Shown: positions 34,024-45,760 of the stretch, in pieces
Numbering within the stretch: the stretch's first letter is position 1
How the letters are laid out: each line of letters begins with the position of its first letter
Source: Gemmatimonas sp.
Lineage (GTDB): Bacteria > Gemmatimonadota > Gemmatimonadetes > Gemmatimonadales > Gemmatimonadaceae
Assembly: GCA_965279375.1 (NCBI GenBank)
Contig: OZ257156.1
Coordinates: 3,328,001 to 3,392,000, forward strand
Direction of reading: 5' to 3'
Length of the DNA: 64,000 bases
The notes under the pieces: generated by a model
Told to the model about the DNA's origin: nothing
What the model saw: only the letters and a program-made list of their open reading frames with translations
The model's database searches: none
Position numbers and translations under genes: made by a program

Positions 34024-35330
34024 GCGACGGAACGACGACGGCGGCCAGCACGGCCTGGCATCTCTGGGATCGCTGCCCACCGGGCGAAGCACTGTTGCGC
34101 GCCGATCCGGCCATCGCGCATCTGATCGAAGAGGAAACGCAGCGCCAGAACGAAGGGATCGAGCTCATCGCGAGTGAGAACTTCGTCTCGCCCGCCGTCA
34201 TGGAGGCGATGGGCTCGCCGCTCACCAACAAGTACGCCGAAGGCCTGCCCGGCAAGCGCTACTACGGTGGCTGTGAAGTGGTGGACAAGGTCGAGCAGTT
34301 GGCGATCGATCGCGTCAAGCAGCTGTTCGGCGCCGACCACGCCAACGTGCAGGCGCACAGCGGTGCGTCGGCGAATGCAGCCGTCTTCCTCGCGTTCCTC
34401 AAGCCGGGCGACACGTTCGTCGGCATGGACCTCTCGCAGGGCGGACATCTCACGCACGGTTCGCCGGTCAACTTCTCCGGGTTGCTGTACCACGCGGTGT
34501 CGTACGGCGTGACCGAAGACGGCATCATCGACTACGAGCAGATGCGGGCGCAGGCTCGTGCGCATCGCCCGAAGATGATCATCGCTGGCTACAGCGCGTA
34601 CTCACGGACCATCGACTGGCAGGCCTTTGCCGACGTGGCCAAGGAAGTCGGCGCGCTGTTCATGGTGGACATGGCGCACTTCGCTGGACTCGCCGCGACG
34701 GGCGTGTACCCATCCCCGGTTCCGTTCGCGGATGTCGTCACCAGCACCACGCACAAGACGCTGCGTGGTCCACGCGGCGGCATCATTCTCTGCAAGGCCG
34801 AGCACGCGAAGGCGATCGACAAGGCGACGTTCCCTGGAATGCAGGGAGGACCGCTCGAGCATGTGATCGCGGCCAAGGCGGTCGCATTTCACGAGGCGCT
34901 GCAGCCGTCGTTCACGCAGTACTGTCAGCAGGTGGTGAAGAACGCGCAGACGCTGGCCGCCGCGCTCGTGTCACGCGACTACCAGATCGTCTCCGGTGGT
35001 ACCGACAACCACCTGATGCTCGTCGATTTGCGCAACAAGGGGCTGACGGGCAAGGTCGCGGAGAAGGTGCTCGACCAGGCCGGCATTACGGTCAACAAGA
35101 ACACCGTGCCCAAGGAGACGCAGTCGCCGTTCATCACGAGCGGCATTCGCATCGGCACGCCGGCCGTGACCACGCGCGGCATGGGCGCGGACGCGATGCT
35201 TCAGATCGCGTCGCTGATCGATCGTGTGCTGCTCGCGCCGGAAGATCCCGCGGTGATCGCGGCGGTTCGCGCTGACGTGAAAGCACTCGCAGATTCGTAC
35301 CCGTTGTACGGAGCAGGCGCTCGCGTCTGA
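34020..35330 (+). CDS. glyA: Serine hydroxymethyltransferase
   Basis: [45 protein letters not shown]. Confidence 0.98.
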   Translation: MSDGTTTAASTAWHLWDRCPPGEALLRADPAIAHLIEEETQRQNEGIELIASENFVSPAVMEAMGSPLTNKYAEGLPGKRYYGGCEVVDKVEQLAIDRVKQLFGADHANVQAHSGASANAAVFLAFLKPGDTFVGMDLSQGGHLTHGSPVNFSGLLYHAVSYGVTEDGIIDYEQMRAQARAHRPKMIIAGYSAYSRTIDWQAFADVAKEVGALFMVDMAHFAGLAATGVYPSPVPFADVVTSTTHKTLRGPRGGIILCKAEHAKAIDKATFPGMQGGPLEHVIAAKAVAFHEALQPSFTQYCQQVVKNAQTLAAALVSRDYQIVSGGTDNHLMLVDLRNKGLTGKVAEKVLDQAGITVNKNTVPKETQSPFITSGIRIGTPAVTTRGMGADAMLQIASLIDRVLLAPEDPAVIAAVRADVKALADSYPLYGAGARV

Positions 35331-35568
35331 GCGCGCGCGATATGGGTGGTGGCACACGGATGCGTGCCACCGCCCGGTGCGGATTGGGAGTGTGAGCCAC
35401 AGCGCGCGCAAGGCATTGTGGCGCCGTTGGCGGGCCTGCATCATTTAATCCGTTCCGAGTTGTTGGGAGCAGGCGTTGCGGCGCGACTCGCCTGCGCGTC
35501 TACTCCGGTGCCACCAACGCAGTCGCGGCGTGCACCGCTGCGCTGCTCACGTACGAGGGAGTTGGGCC

Positions 35569-35952
35569 GTGTCCGAGTTGGCGTTCCGCGACGGCATCAT
35601 GGAGCAGATTCGACTGCGCGAACCGCGGTTCGAGGAGCGCGCCTATCTGTTTGTGCTCGCCGCGCTCGAGCACTGCCAGAAGAATCTGCTGGAACGTCGC
35701 CACATCACCGGGCCGGAGTTGGCGCATGCGTGCCGAGAACTGGCGCTGCAGCGTTTTGGCGTGACCGCTCGTCTCGTGCTCGAGCACTGGGGCCTCCGCG
35801 GAACGCGTGACATCGGCGACATCGTGTTCACGCTGGTGGATATGGGATTGCTCGTCAGCCAGCCGCAGGATTCGCGCGACGACTTCCTCGGTGTTTTCGA
35901 ATTCGAAGACGCCTTCGAGCGCGAGTATCCCTGGAGCACCGCGCACGTCTGA
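35569..35952 (+). CDS. Minf_1886-like conserved hypothetical protein
   Basis: AYLFV, RHITG.EL, VLEHWG...T.DIG.IVF.LV, DSRDDF pattern recalled for this family; GTG start with GAGGGAG upstream. Confidence 0.75.
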   Translation: MSELAFRDGIMEQIRLREPRFEERAYLFVLAALEHCQKNLLERRHITGPELAHACRELALQRFGVTARLVLEHWGLRGTRDIGDIVFTLVDMGLLVSQPQDSRDDFLGVFEFEDAFEREYPWSTAHV

Positions 35953-35956
35953 TTCC

Positions 35957-37594
35957 GTGCGGCGATCCCGAGCGCGGATAGCCACAGCGGCAGAAGCTAC
36001 GGCGCGCGATCACGCCGCCATCGCAGACGGCACCCCCTCGTTCACGCTGATGTTGCAGGCCGCCACACAGGCGGCGTCTGTCATTCTGCGCGAGTTCCCG
36101 CACCGCCTCGCGTATGGCGTTGCCGTGCACGCGGGCAGCGGCAACAATGGTGGCGATGCCTACATCGTTGCGGCACAGCTCGCACGGGCGGGCATCGCCG
36201 TTCGCCTGCATGCCGTTGATTCGCCGCGCACGGCGGACGCGCAACGAGCTGCAGCACTCGCTGCGCCCAGACTTGTGCACGGTGCGCCAACCGGTCGCGA
36301 GCTGCTGGTTGTCGACGGAATTCTCGGCACCGGTCATCGCGGTGCCCTGCGCGATGGCGTGAGCCGTGCCTGTGCGCAACTGCGCGACGCTCGCGACCGC
36401 GGGGCGACCATCGTCGCGCTCGATCTGCCATCGGGACTCGATGCCACCACCGGCGACATCGCGGATGGCAGTACGCCCGCGGATCTGACCATCTCATTCG
36501 GGACGTTCAAACGCGGTACCCTCGTCGCGCGCTCGCACTGCGGACGGATCGTGCTGGTGGATATCGGCCTCGATGTGCATGCGCAGCGAGCGGACGACGC
36601 GTGGTTGCTCGCCGACGCGCCCACGCTGGCGCAGCTGCTGCCCCGCACCGCGTGGAACGCACACAAGGGCACCCGTGGTCAGCTCGCGCTGGTGGGCGGG
36701 GCCCACGGCATGGTCGGCGCGATTGTGCTCGCGAGCCGCGCCGCACTTGGCGCGGGCGTAGGACTCGTGCGCAGTTGGGTACACGCGGATGGTATCGCCG
36801 CGTTGCAGACAAACGTGCCGCAGGCGATTGCGCGTACATGGCCCGCCGTGTCGTCGGCACCGCACGCCGATGGCGCCCAGACGTCGAGCGCGTGGGGCAC
36901 GGCATTGGCGATCGGTCCGGGACTCGGTCGCGACGACGCGGCGTGGTCGCTGTTGATCACGGCACTGCGCGAGAACGCCGGCCTGCCCGTGCTGCTCGAC
37001 GCGGACGCGCTCACACTGGTTTCGATGCGCGCGAATGGCGACGCAGCGGAGCTGTTGCGCGACGTCACTGGCGGTGCTTCGAGCGTGGTCTGCACGCCGC
37101 ATCCACGCGAGTTCGCTCGCCTGTTGGGCATCACTGCACGTGCGTCCTCAGGTGATGCGAAGGGCAACGAGTCCACGCTACCTGCGTCGCTCGACGAACG
37201 CGCGGTGCGGTTGCGCGAGTTTGCACAGCGGGCAAAGGCCACCGTGTTGCTCAAGGGGACGCCGACGCTGATCGCCACACCGGACGCGATGCCGCTGCGC
37301 GTGGTGGCGCGTGGTACGGCGCTGCTCGCCACCGGTGGCAGCGGCGACGTGCTTACCGGTCTCATCGGCGCGTTGCTGGCACAAGGCATCCCCGCCGCAG
37401 ACGCTGCACTGCTCGGCGCCACCGCACACGGCATCGCCGCTGAATGTGCTGCTTCGGCTGCTCAAGGAATCCGCGGACTCACGCTGGACGATCTGTTGCG
37501 CGCACTGCCCGATGCGTGGCGCGCCATCTCCGCGCCGGCGCCCATGCCGCCACACGTGATCGCGGAGTTACCCGCGCCGGACGACCGGTGGTAG
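35957..37594 (+). CDS. nnr: Bifunctional NAD(P)H-hydrate epimerase/dehydratase
   Basis: GSGNNGGD, DGILGTG, DLPSG, HKGTRG, GPGLG, DADAL, TPHPREF, LKG, ATGGSGDVL; start inferred. Confidence 0.93.
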   Translation: MRRSRARIATAAEATARDHAAIADGTPSFTLMLQAATQAASVILREFPHRLAYGVAVHAGSGNNGGDAYIVAAQLARAGIAVRLHAVDSPRTADAQRAAALAAPRLVHGAPTGRELLVVDGILGTGHRGALRDGVSRACAQLRDARDRGATIVALDLPSGLDATTGDIADGSTPADLTISFGTFKRGTLVARSHCGRIVLVDIGLDVHAQRADDAWLLADAPTLAQLLPRTAWNAHKGTRGQLALVGGAHGMVGAIVLASRAALGAGVGLVRSWVHADGIAALQTNVPQAIARTWPAVSSAPHADGAQTSSAWGTALAIGPGLGRDDAAWSLLITALRENAGLPVLLDADALTLVSMRANGDAAELLRDVTGGASSVVCTPHPREFARLLGITARASSGDAKGNESTLPASLDERAVRLREFAQRAKATVLLKGTPTLIATPDAMPLRVVARGTALLATGGSGDVLTGLIGALLAQGIPAADAALLGATAHGIAAECAASAAQGIRGLTLDDLLRALPDAWRAISAPAPMPPHVIAELPAPDDRW

Positions 37595-39288
37595 CACGCG
37601 ACGCGCGCACCGTGTTGGCGCTGCGCGTTCGACGCATGGCCGCTGTCGGCGTGGCATGCCTGTCCTTCGTGCACTGCGCATCGAGCGGCAGCAGCAGCGG
37701 CGATCCGCGCGACCTTTCTTCGGCTGGGAGTCGCGCCGACGATTTTCAGTTCATCGGCAGCTTTGCCGACGTGCGCGCTGTTGCGGTGTCACGTCGCTAC
37801 GTCTTCTCCGCGACCCCGAGCGGCATCGGCATTTACGATCGCCTGTTCAATGCGTGGCAAACGCCGCTCTCTCGCGACAACGGTTTCGTGGGCGATCAGA
37901 TCACGGCGTTCGCGGCCGACCCTGCAGAGGATGCGATCTGGTTTGGTGTGCCCGGCGCGTTGATGTCCTATCGCCCGCAAGTGGAGCAATTGCAGCGCAC
38001 GCTGATCGTCGGGGTGCCAGACATCATTGCGTTCGAGCGCGCGCCGACGGGTGATGTGCTCGTACGCGCATCGGGGAGTTGGACGCGCGTGTCGCGCAGC
38101 GGACTCGCCTCGCCCATGATCGGCGTGCCGAGTGCATCGGCGATCGTGTTGCCACGGACACTCAGCGATGTGTACGCGCAGTTTCCACAGTTGCGTTCGC
38201 AGCAGTCGATGCTCTTTCGTGCGCAGCGTGCCGACCGAGGGCTGCGAACCTATCCCGTGCTGAGCGGCGCGACGACGCCGGAGCGCGTGAGCGAGGTGTG
38301 GCTGGGCACCGCGGGAGATGGGTTGTACAAAGTGGATCCGACATTCCAGCAAGCCACGCCGCTGCGTTTCGGCCCGCTGGAGTCTGCGGTTGGCGCGCTG
38401 GCGTTGGCAGCCGACGGCGTCTGGATGGCGGGGCGCGGCACCAGTGTCACGCGCGCGGGCATCAGCTACGCCAGCAACGACCTGCAGCGCTGGCGCTGGA
38501 TCGATGGCACCATCGCCACGCCCATGCTCGGAGTGCGCGCGCAGGTGATGGCGGTGCGGGGACCGCGCGCGTGGATAGGCACAGATCGCGGCCTCGTGCG
38601 CGTGCAGCTCGATGCCGCCGAATCCACTCGCGCATGGAGTACACTCGACGGCCTGCCGGATGATCGTGTGTACGCGATCGCGGCGACCGATTCGGGTGCG
38701 TGGGCGGGGACCGCCCGCGGTCTCGTGTGGATCAGCGACAGTGCGAGCACGCGTACGCTCGGCGTGAGCAATGCGCTGCTGGCGGGAACCGCGGTGTACG
38801 CGCTGCAGCTCATCGGCGACACGCGCTGGATGGGCACGAGTGCCGGCCTGGTGAGCATGCCGGCGTCTGCGGCCACCTCGCGAGGGTCCGTCGCTACGCT
38901 CGCGCGACCGGCGGGCACCGATCCCGCGCTGCGGCGCCCAGTCACTGCGCTCGCGTGGAGCGACAGCGTGCTGCTGGCCGCCACCGACGACGGTGTCCTG
39001 CAGCTCGCGCTTCGTGGCTCGGCGCCGGTCGATCGCATTGCCGCGTTCGAGGGGCGACCAGTCGGGGCGGTCTCGCGCCTGCAGATGGACGACCGCACGA
39101 TCTGGCTGGTGGGCAGCGAAGGCGTGCGCATGCTATCGCGGCGGAGTGGCGGTGTACAGCAGCTTCGAGTGCCGGCGGACCTGCCCGCGGCCGTCACCGA
39201 TCTCGTGGCCAGCCGCGAGTGGATCTGGATTGGGACCACCGCAGGCATTGTGCGACTGCGACGCACTGGTGATGGTGGAGTACGATGA
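37588..39288 (+). CDS. Hypothetical exported beta-propeller protein (two-component regulator propeller-like repeats)
   Basis: Repeated W(L/I/M)GT..GL motifs and DGLPDD.V; probable N-terminal lipoprotein signal. Confidence 0.7.
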   Translation: MVARDARTVLALRVRRMAAVGVACLSFVHCASSGSSSGDPRDLSSAGSRADDFQFIGSFADVRAVAVSRRYVFSATPSGIGIYDRLFNAWQTPLSRDNGFVGDQITAFAADPAEDAIWFGVPGALMSYRPQVEQLQRTLIVGVPDIIAFERAPTGDVLVRASGSWTRVSRSGLASPMIGVPSASAIVLPRTLSDVYAQFPQLRSQQSMLFRAQRADRGLRTYPVLSGATTPERVSEVWLGTAGDGLYKVDPTFQQATPLRFGPLESAVGALALAADGVWMAGRGTSVTRAGISYASNDLQRWRWIDGTIATPMLGVRAQVMAVRGPRAWIGTDRGLVRVQLDAAESTRAWSTLDGLPDDRVYAIAATDSGAWAGTARGLVWISDSASTRTLGVSNALLAGTAVYALQLIGDTRWMGTSAGLVSMPASAATSRGSVATLARPAGTDPALRRPVTALAWSDSVLLAATDDGVLQLALRGSAPVDRIAAFEGRPVGAVSRLQMDDRTIWLVGSEGVRMLSRRSGGVQQLRVPADLPAAVTDLVASREWIWIGTTAGIVRLRRTGDGGVR

Positions 39289-39321
39289 CACGCACCCGCT
39301 CCCTGAACCGCGCCCGGCGTC

Positions 39322-40332
39322 ATGAGCGCTGAGCCGTTTCTCGCCCGTCCGCATCAGGCGATGGGCCCCGGTGCTGAATTCGACACAATCCGGCTCCTGA
39401 TGGCCCGCTGGGGCGATCTGGCGGTGGATATCGGGGACGATGCCGCCGTACTTGGTTTGCGCGCCACGCCACCGGCCGGGGAGGGAACGGACGATCGGCG
39501 CCTCGTGGTCTCCACTGATGCCTTCGTCGAGAACGCGCATTTTCGCGCAGGGTGGATCTCGCCGACCGAGATCGGCGCCCGGGCGATCGCGGCAGCGCTG
39601 AGCGACCTGGCGGCCATGGGCGCGCAGGCGGACGCGGTGCTGCTGGCGTTCTCCGTTCCCGACAGCTGGCGCGGGCCGCTGGGGGAGGTCGCCGACGGGG
39701 TCGCTCGCGTGCTTCGACCGACCGGTGCACGAATCGTGGGGGGCAACCTCACGCGCGGGGCGGCGTTCGGGATCACCACCACGGTCATTGGGTCCACCCA
39801 CGCGCCTATTTCGCGAGGTGGCGCCAGACCCGGAGATATCCTGCTGCTCACGGGCACGCTGGGTGGCCCGGGGGCCGCCATCTCCGCGTGGGACGCTGGC
39901 CAGGAGCCGACCGCGTGGGCGCGTAGCCGATTTGCCGGTCCGTTGCCGCGTTTGGCCGAGGGCGCGCACCTGGCGCAGTCGGGAGTCCACGCGATGCTCG
40001 ATATCTCTGACGGGCTGGCGGCGGACGCGCGTCATCTGGCTGCCGCGAGCGGAGTGCGGCTGCGCATCGACGCCGAACGCGTGCCGGTGGGGGAGGGAAT
40101 TCGGCCGGTGGCTGCGCTCGCCAGTGGCGAGGAGTACGAGCTCCTCGCGGCGGCCTCGCCGGAGGTCGCGCGCCGGCTACTTGCCTCGTGGAGTCAATGG
40201 ACAGACGTGCCGCTGACACCGATCGGAGAGGTGCTGGAGGCTGATGTAACAGGTCCGGTCGATATCGCCGGGCTTGCCGCACGCGATCGTATCGTTGAAT
40301 TCGTTCACGGGCACGATCACTTTTCGAGTTAA
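39322..40332 (+). CDS. thiL: Thiamine-monophosphate kinase
   Basis: EFDTI, IGDDAA, STD...HF, LSDLAAMGA, GGN, DISDGL..D, GEEYEL. Confidence 0.93.
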   Translation: MSAEPFLARPHQAMGPGAEFDTIRLLMARWGDLAVDIGDDAAVLGLRATPPAGEGTDDRRLVVSTDAFVENAHFRAGWISPTEIGARAIAAALSDLAAMGAQADAVLLAFSVPDSWRGPLGEVADGVARVLRPTGARIVGGNLTRGAAFGITTTVIGSTHAPISRGGARPGDILLLTGTLGGPGAAISAWDAGQEPTAWARSRFAGPLPRLAEGAHLAQSGVHAMLDISDGLAADARHLAAASGVRLRIDAERVPVGEGIRPVAALASGEEYELLAAASPEVARRLLASWSQWTDVPLTPIGEVLEADVTGPVDIAGLAARDRIVEFVHGHDHFSS

Positions 40333-41111
40333 TGCGCACTGCCATCACGTTCCTCGCCCTGCTCGTCGGCACCTTCATCTTCGGAACGACGGTCATTCTC
40401 GCGCAGCTGCTCGGCGTGCCGCATACGCCGGGTGGGGTGTACGAGCGATGCACGCGCAATTGGGCGGCGTGGCTGCTCAAGGCCGCTGGGGTACGGATCG
40501 TTGTGCACGGCGGCGAGGACATCACGCCCAACACGCCGATGGTGTTCATCGCCAACCATGTCAGTTGGTTCGACATTCCCGCGATGATTCAGGCATTGCC
40601 GCACTACGGTTTCGTCGCCAAGCGCGAGCTCGAGAAGATTCCTCTGTTCGGCGCGGCGGCACGCGCGGTCGGCGTGATTTACATCGATCGCGAGAATCGC
40701 AAGGCGGCATTCGGCGCGTACGAAGACGCCGCCAACAAGATCCGCGAAGGACAGCCGGTGCTGGTCTATCCCGAAGGCACACGCGGCGACGAGTACGCGT
40801 TGCGGCCATTCAAGAAGGGCCCGTTCGTGCTGGCCATCGGCTCGGGCGCGCCCATTGTCCCCGTCGTCATTCATGGCACCATTCAGGTGAACCCACGCGG
40901 CTCGTTCCGCGCGACACCGGGTGAGGTGCATGTACATCTGCTGCCGCCCGTTCCCACCGAGGGAATGGCCTACGACGATCGCAATGTGCTCGCAGATCGC
41001 GTGCGCGATCGGATGGCGGAGCTGTTGTGGCGCGAGTACGGCGTGCAGCCCAAGGTGTTTCGGCGCGGTGCGGCCGAAGTAGTCGAGACGTCTGCCGAGT
41101 TGACGGCCTGA
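40332..41111 (+). CDS. plsC: 1-acyl-sn-glycerol-3-phosphate acyltransferase
   Basis: NHVSWFD, AKREL, IDR, YPEGTR, FKKG. Confidence 0.9.
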   Translation: MRTAITFLALLVGTFIFGTTVILAQLLGVPHTPGGVYERCTRNWAAWLLKAAGVRIVVHGGEDITPNTPMVFIANHVSWFDIPAMIQALPHYGFVAKRELEKIPLFGAAARAVGVIYIDRENRKAAFGAYEDAANKIREGQPVLVYPEGTRGDEYALRPFKKGPFVLAIGSGAPIVPVVIHGTIQVNPRGSFRATPGEVHVHLLPPVPTEGMAYDDRNVLADRVRDRMAELLWREYGVQPKVFRRGAAEVVETSAELTA

Positions 41112-41127
41112 CGTGTCTGTGGTTTAA

Positions 41128-42450
<1,323 letters not shown>

Positions 42451-42501
42451 TTCACAACGCTAATTCATACCGCCGCGCACGTATCACCCCGTCGATCTCG
42501 C

Positions 42502-42885
42502 ATGCGTCCAGCCAAGCCCGCCGTCGATTCGCCGTTCAGCCGCCTGCTGCGCCGCCTGGCGTGGGTAGGGGGAGTGGTGGCTGTGCTCTGGTTCGCGCTG
42601 CAGGGCGGCGAGTACGACACGCTGCAGTTGCTGCGGAGCCGGACGCGCAAGTTGGAGCGCGAGGCGGAGGTGGCTCGTGCGCGTGCGTCGCTGGATTCGC
42701 TGAAGGAGGAGTACAAGAAGGTCACCACCGATCCCGCGCGCCTCGAGCGTCTGGCGCGCGAAGAGTACGGCATGGTGAAGGGTGACAAGGAACTGTTGTA
42801 CTGGGTGAGCGGTGCGACGTCTGACACGGCGATCGCGCCGAAGGACAGCGAGAAAGTCACCTCGGTAAAGCCTCCGCGGGGTTGA
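42502..42885 (+). CDS. ftsB: Septum formation initiator (FtsB/DivIC)
   Basis: Single TM helix, coiled coil, ERLAREEYGMVKGD; conserved position after eno. Confidence 0.85.
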   Translation: MRPAKPAVDSPFSRLLRRLAWVGGVVAVLWFALQGGEYDTLQLLRSRTRKLEREAEVARARASLDSLKEEYKKVTTDPARLERLAREEYGMVKGDKELLYWVSGATSDTAIAPKDSEKVTSVKPPRG

Positions 42886-42909
42886 CTCCTCATGGCGCTC
42901 GGCTAGTTT
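42882..42909 (+). promoter_or_regulatory. Putative sigma70 promoter of the tRNA-Met pair
   Basis: TTGACT-N16-TAGTTT just upstream of the tRNA 5' end. Confidence 0.55.
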
Positions 42910-42920
42910 CCTCGAACTGC

Positions 42921-42994
<74 letters not shown>

Positions 42995-43024
42995 TAGTTT
43001 GGGAAGAGGTCATGGGTTACGCAT

Positions 43025-43053
43025 CGGCCGGTCCTTACCAGGGCCGGCCGTTT
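43025..43053 (+). terminator. Terminator-like hairpin between the two tRNA-Met genes
   Basis: cggccggtcct-tacc-agggccggccg followed by ttt. Confidence 0.45.
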
Positions 43054-43071
43054 GCGTGGTGTGAGCAGTGT

Positions 43072-43145
43072 GGCTGGGTAGCTCAGCTGGTTAGAGCACG
43101 GCACTCATAATGCCGGGGTCGCGGGTTCGAGTCCCGCCCCAGCTA
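43072..43145 (+). tRNA. tRNA-Met(CAT), probably elongator (Ile2 not excluded)
   Basis: GGCTGGGTAGCTCAGCTGGTTAGAGCACGGCACTCATAATGCCG...GGTTCGAGTCCCGCCCCAGCTA; G2-C71/C3-G70/U4-A69 as in elongator Met. Confidence 0.92.
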
Positions 43146-43188
43146 TTTCATTACGCTTCATAACGCCTTCAGTACGAACGATATAACA

Positions 43189-43217
43189 AACGCCTCACCG
43201 GCCGTCGGTGAGGCGTT
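43189..43217. terminator. Bidirectional terminator between tRNA-Met and the TIR gene
   Basis: aacgcctcaccg-gccgt-cggtgaggcgtt, 12-bp perfect stem. Confidence 0.7.
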
Positions 43218-43259
43218 CGTCGTTGCTGGCGTGTCGATCGCTGAGTCGTCGCGCCGCAG

Positions 43260-44807
43260 TCAGCGCCTTGTCAATCGGCTCACGGCCGAATCGACCGCCG
43301 TCTTCAGCATGCCGGGCTGATCGCGGAGCTCCTTGCTCAGAACGCGAAGCGAATCGAGCGCGGAAGCCTGCTCGCCCATCTCCGCGCGAAAGCGCGCGAG
43401 GTAGAAGCGGAACTGCACGGCGCTGCCGCCACCCTGCGCGGTATAGGTGGTGAAGGCCCATTTATACGTTTGCAGATGCTCCGCGGGGGGCAGCACCGCC
43501 AACAGGTCGTCGATGGTTTGGGACGCCTGTCCGTTCAGCGCGAAGAAGTAGATGCTCCACGCGTCGCGTGTCATGCCGGGCGTCAACTGTTCGCGGCGCG
43601 TACGCATGTCCTGAAGCACGCGAATCGTCTCCAGTCGACTGGGGGGAGATCCGTCGTTCTTGAGCGCGGCCATCTGGTACCTGCGCACCTGCTCCACGCT
43701 TCGCCCCGCTTCGACGGCTTTGCGGAAGTGTTCGACGGCGCGCACAAGCGCATCCGGCGTCCGCTCGTACGACAAGATCCAGTGTCCCAACATGACATTG
43801 GCGTACGGATTCTTGGGATCCGCAGCGAGAGCGCGCCGAAACGCGTCGCCTGGCTGCAGCGCACGATCGCCGTCGCGCCAACGCAGGACCATCGCCCACG
43901 CCACATGCGCCAGCAGGTCTCCCTTCCGTTCGCCCGTTGCGAACGGCGCTGCCCGATCGAGGACGGCCAGCGGTTTTGCCATCGCCTGTGTGAACGTCTG
44001 GCCGCCGGTCACGGTGAGATCGCGAATCGCCTGCATGGCGACGTCTTCCTGCAATCGCTTTGCCCGCGTGAGATCCGCGTCGATGCGCACCGCACTGTCC
44101 AGCGTGCTTGCTGCATCAACGAGCTGCAGTCGATCACGCTGTTCGCTTGCCACTGTGATGAGGTCGTCGACGATACGCTGGCGCACCGCCTTTGCGCTGT
44201 CGGCGGCTGCGATGACGCCGCGCGCGCTTGACGCGGCACGCCGTTGCATCGAGATCACGCCAATCACGGCGAGCGCCGTGATTGCGGCACCAGCCAGCAG
44301 AAGCCCACGACTCACGCGCCTTGGAGTCGCCGGTGCGTCGGCCACGGTTCCGAGCAACGGCGCAATCGAGTCGATCAGACGCTGCGTGTCGTCGGTAAAC
44401 TCTTCGTGCTGGATGGAGATGGCCTGTCGCGTAGCGAATGGCGCGAGCGCTGCGGGCAGATCGGACTCCGCGGGCATCGACGCATTCTGCACCAACACCG
44501 GAATCACGCGTGCGTTGCGCACGAGCGCCGCTTCGATCTCACGACGCACGAAGTCATCAGGGTCATCCAGCCGGCGACCGGCGCTGTTGCTGGCAGACAG
44601 CCAACGTCGCCCGATCACCACGAGCACCACGCTCGTCGTGTCGAGCGCTTCCTTGAGGGCGACGACGAAATCCGTACCCGGCTTGATCGTGTCGATGTCC
44701 ATGAAGACACGATCGCCACCGAAACGCTTCACCAAATGATCCGCAAGTCGGCCCGCCTCGCCAGCGGAGTCTTCGCGCCGGTAGCTGATGAAGATGGAGG
44801 CGGCCAT
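43260..44807 (-). CDS. TIR-domain membrane protein with C-terminal helical/TPR-like region
   Basis: IFISYRREDS, VFMDID.I.PG.DF, DFVRREIEAAL, VIPVL; TM helix; start at MAASIFISY. Confidence 0.88.
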   Translation of the reverse strand: MAASIFISYRREDSAGEAGRLADHLVKRFGGDRVFMDIDTIKPGTDFVVALKEALDTTSVVLVVIGRRWLSASNSAGRRLDDPDDFVRREIEAALVRNARVIPVLVQNASMPAESDLPAALAPFATRQAISIQHEEFTDDTQRLIDSIAPLLGTVADAPATPRRVSRGLLLAGAAITALAVIGVISMQRRAASSARGVIAAADSAKAVRQRIVDDLITVASEQRDRLQLVDAASTLDSAVRIDADLTRAKRLQEDVAMQAIRDLTVTGGQTFTQAMAKPLAVLDRAAPFATGERKGDLLAHVAWAMVLRWRDGDRALQPGDAFRRALAADPKNPYANVMLGHWILSYERTPDALVRAVEHFRKAVEAGRSVEQVRRYQMAALKNDGSPPSRLETIRVLQDMRTRREQLTPGMTRDAWSIYFFALNGQASQTIDDLLAVLPPAEHLQTYKWAFTTYTAQGGGSAVQFRFYLARFRAEMGEQASALDSLRVLSKELRDQPGMLKTAVDSAVSRLTRR

Positions 44808-44975
44808 ATGAGCAATTGTACTGCGCCGACCGTCGTCGTGCGTGGCGCTGTCACGCCCAACTCGGCGTTCGTCACAGCGACACGGAGGGTGCGAGGCGTG
44901 TTGTGACAACGGAGCGACGCGTCTCGTCGATATGGGTTCGCGCTGCCGTGCCACCGCCGCCAAGGACGATTCGAT

Positions 44976-45701
44976 ATGCAACCCGCCGAGAAAGCCGCGA
45001 AGGACATTCTGGCCACGCTGGAGGCGACCTACCAGCCGACGCACCACTACGTCCGCGTCTCGCCGCAGAACTTCCGACACCTCGATCTGGCGTTCTACGA
45101 CAAGACGGCGAAAACGCTCGGCGACAAGGGCTTCCGGACGCTGGCCGACGTCGAGGATACGACCATCACGAACACGCCGGGCGGCGTCCTCATGCCGGTG
45201 ATGGTGCGCAGCATGATTTCTCGCGACGGCACTATCATGGCCTCGCTGTACCACCCGCGCATCCGTACTCTGGGCATTCGCCTGCTGCTCTGGCTATTGC
45301 GCAAGTTGCCAGGCAAGGTGGTGGACATGGAGACCGAGTGCACCGACGGCTCGTTCGTCGTGACGACCAACGCGGCCGGCGCAGCGGCGATCGACATGCC
45401 GGCACTCATCGCCTCGGAGTACCTACCCGCCAGCGCGAACGCTGAAGCCGTTCGTGTGCGCCATGCGGAACGGCTGACCGCGCATCTCGCGGCGCGCCCT
45501 GGAGTCACCGCCAAGGTGATTGCCTCGCACGATGATCTCGTCGCATCGCAGAACCGCATGAATGCGCTCAAGGCAGCATATCGCGGACAGGTCGGCGGCA
45601 TCACGAGAGAAGAACTCGACCGACTCGCGGTGTTCGGGAAGTCGCTCGCGGCCGACGTGCACGCGGCAATCGAACGGGAGCAGTTCAGACGCGCGAGCTG
45701 A
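44976..45701 (+). CDS. Hypothetical protein
   Basis: 241-aa ORF with AAGGA RBS and normal codon pattern; no recognised motif. Confidence 0.7.
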   Translation: MQPAEKAAKDILATLEATYQPTHHYVRVSPQNFRHLDLAFYDKTAKTLGDKGFRTLADVEDTTITNTPGGVLMPVMVRSMISRDGTIMASLYHPRIRTLGIRLLLWLLRKLPGKVVDMETECTDGSFVVTTNAAGAAAIDMPALIASEYLPASANAEAVRVRHAERLTAHLAARPGVTAKVIASHDDLVASQNRMNALKAAYRGQVGGITREELDRLAVFGKSLAADVHAAIEREQFRRAS

Positions 45702-45760
45702 CCCTGCCGCGTCGCGCGATCCGTCGGCCGCCGCGATGATGCATCACGCGGCGGAACGCG

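Noticed and set aside
44850..44910. ECF-type promoters (TGTCAC...CGTC/CGTG) between the TIR gene and the hypothetical gene
   Set aside because: Spacing is inconsistent (14 and 17 nt) and the motif is too short to support.
43260..45254. 664-aa version of the TIR ORF
   Set aside because: The upstream 149 codons are antisense to the 44976-45701 gene or intergenic; the TIR domain begins at 44807.
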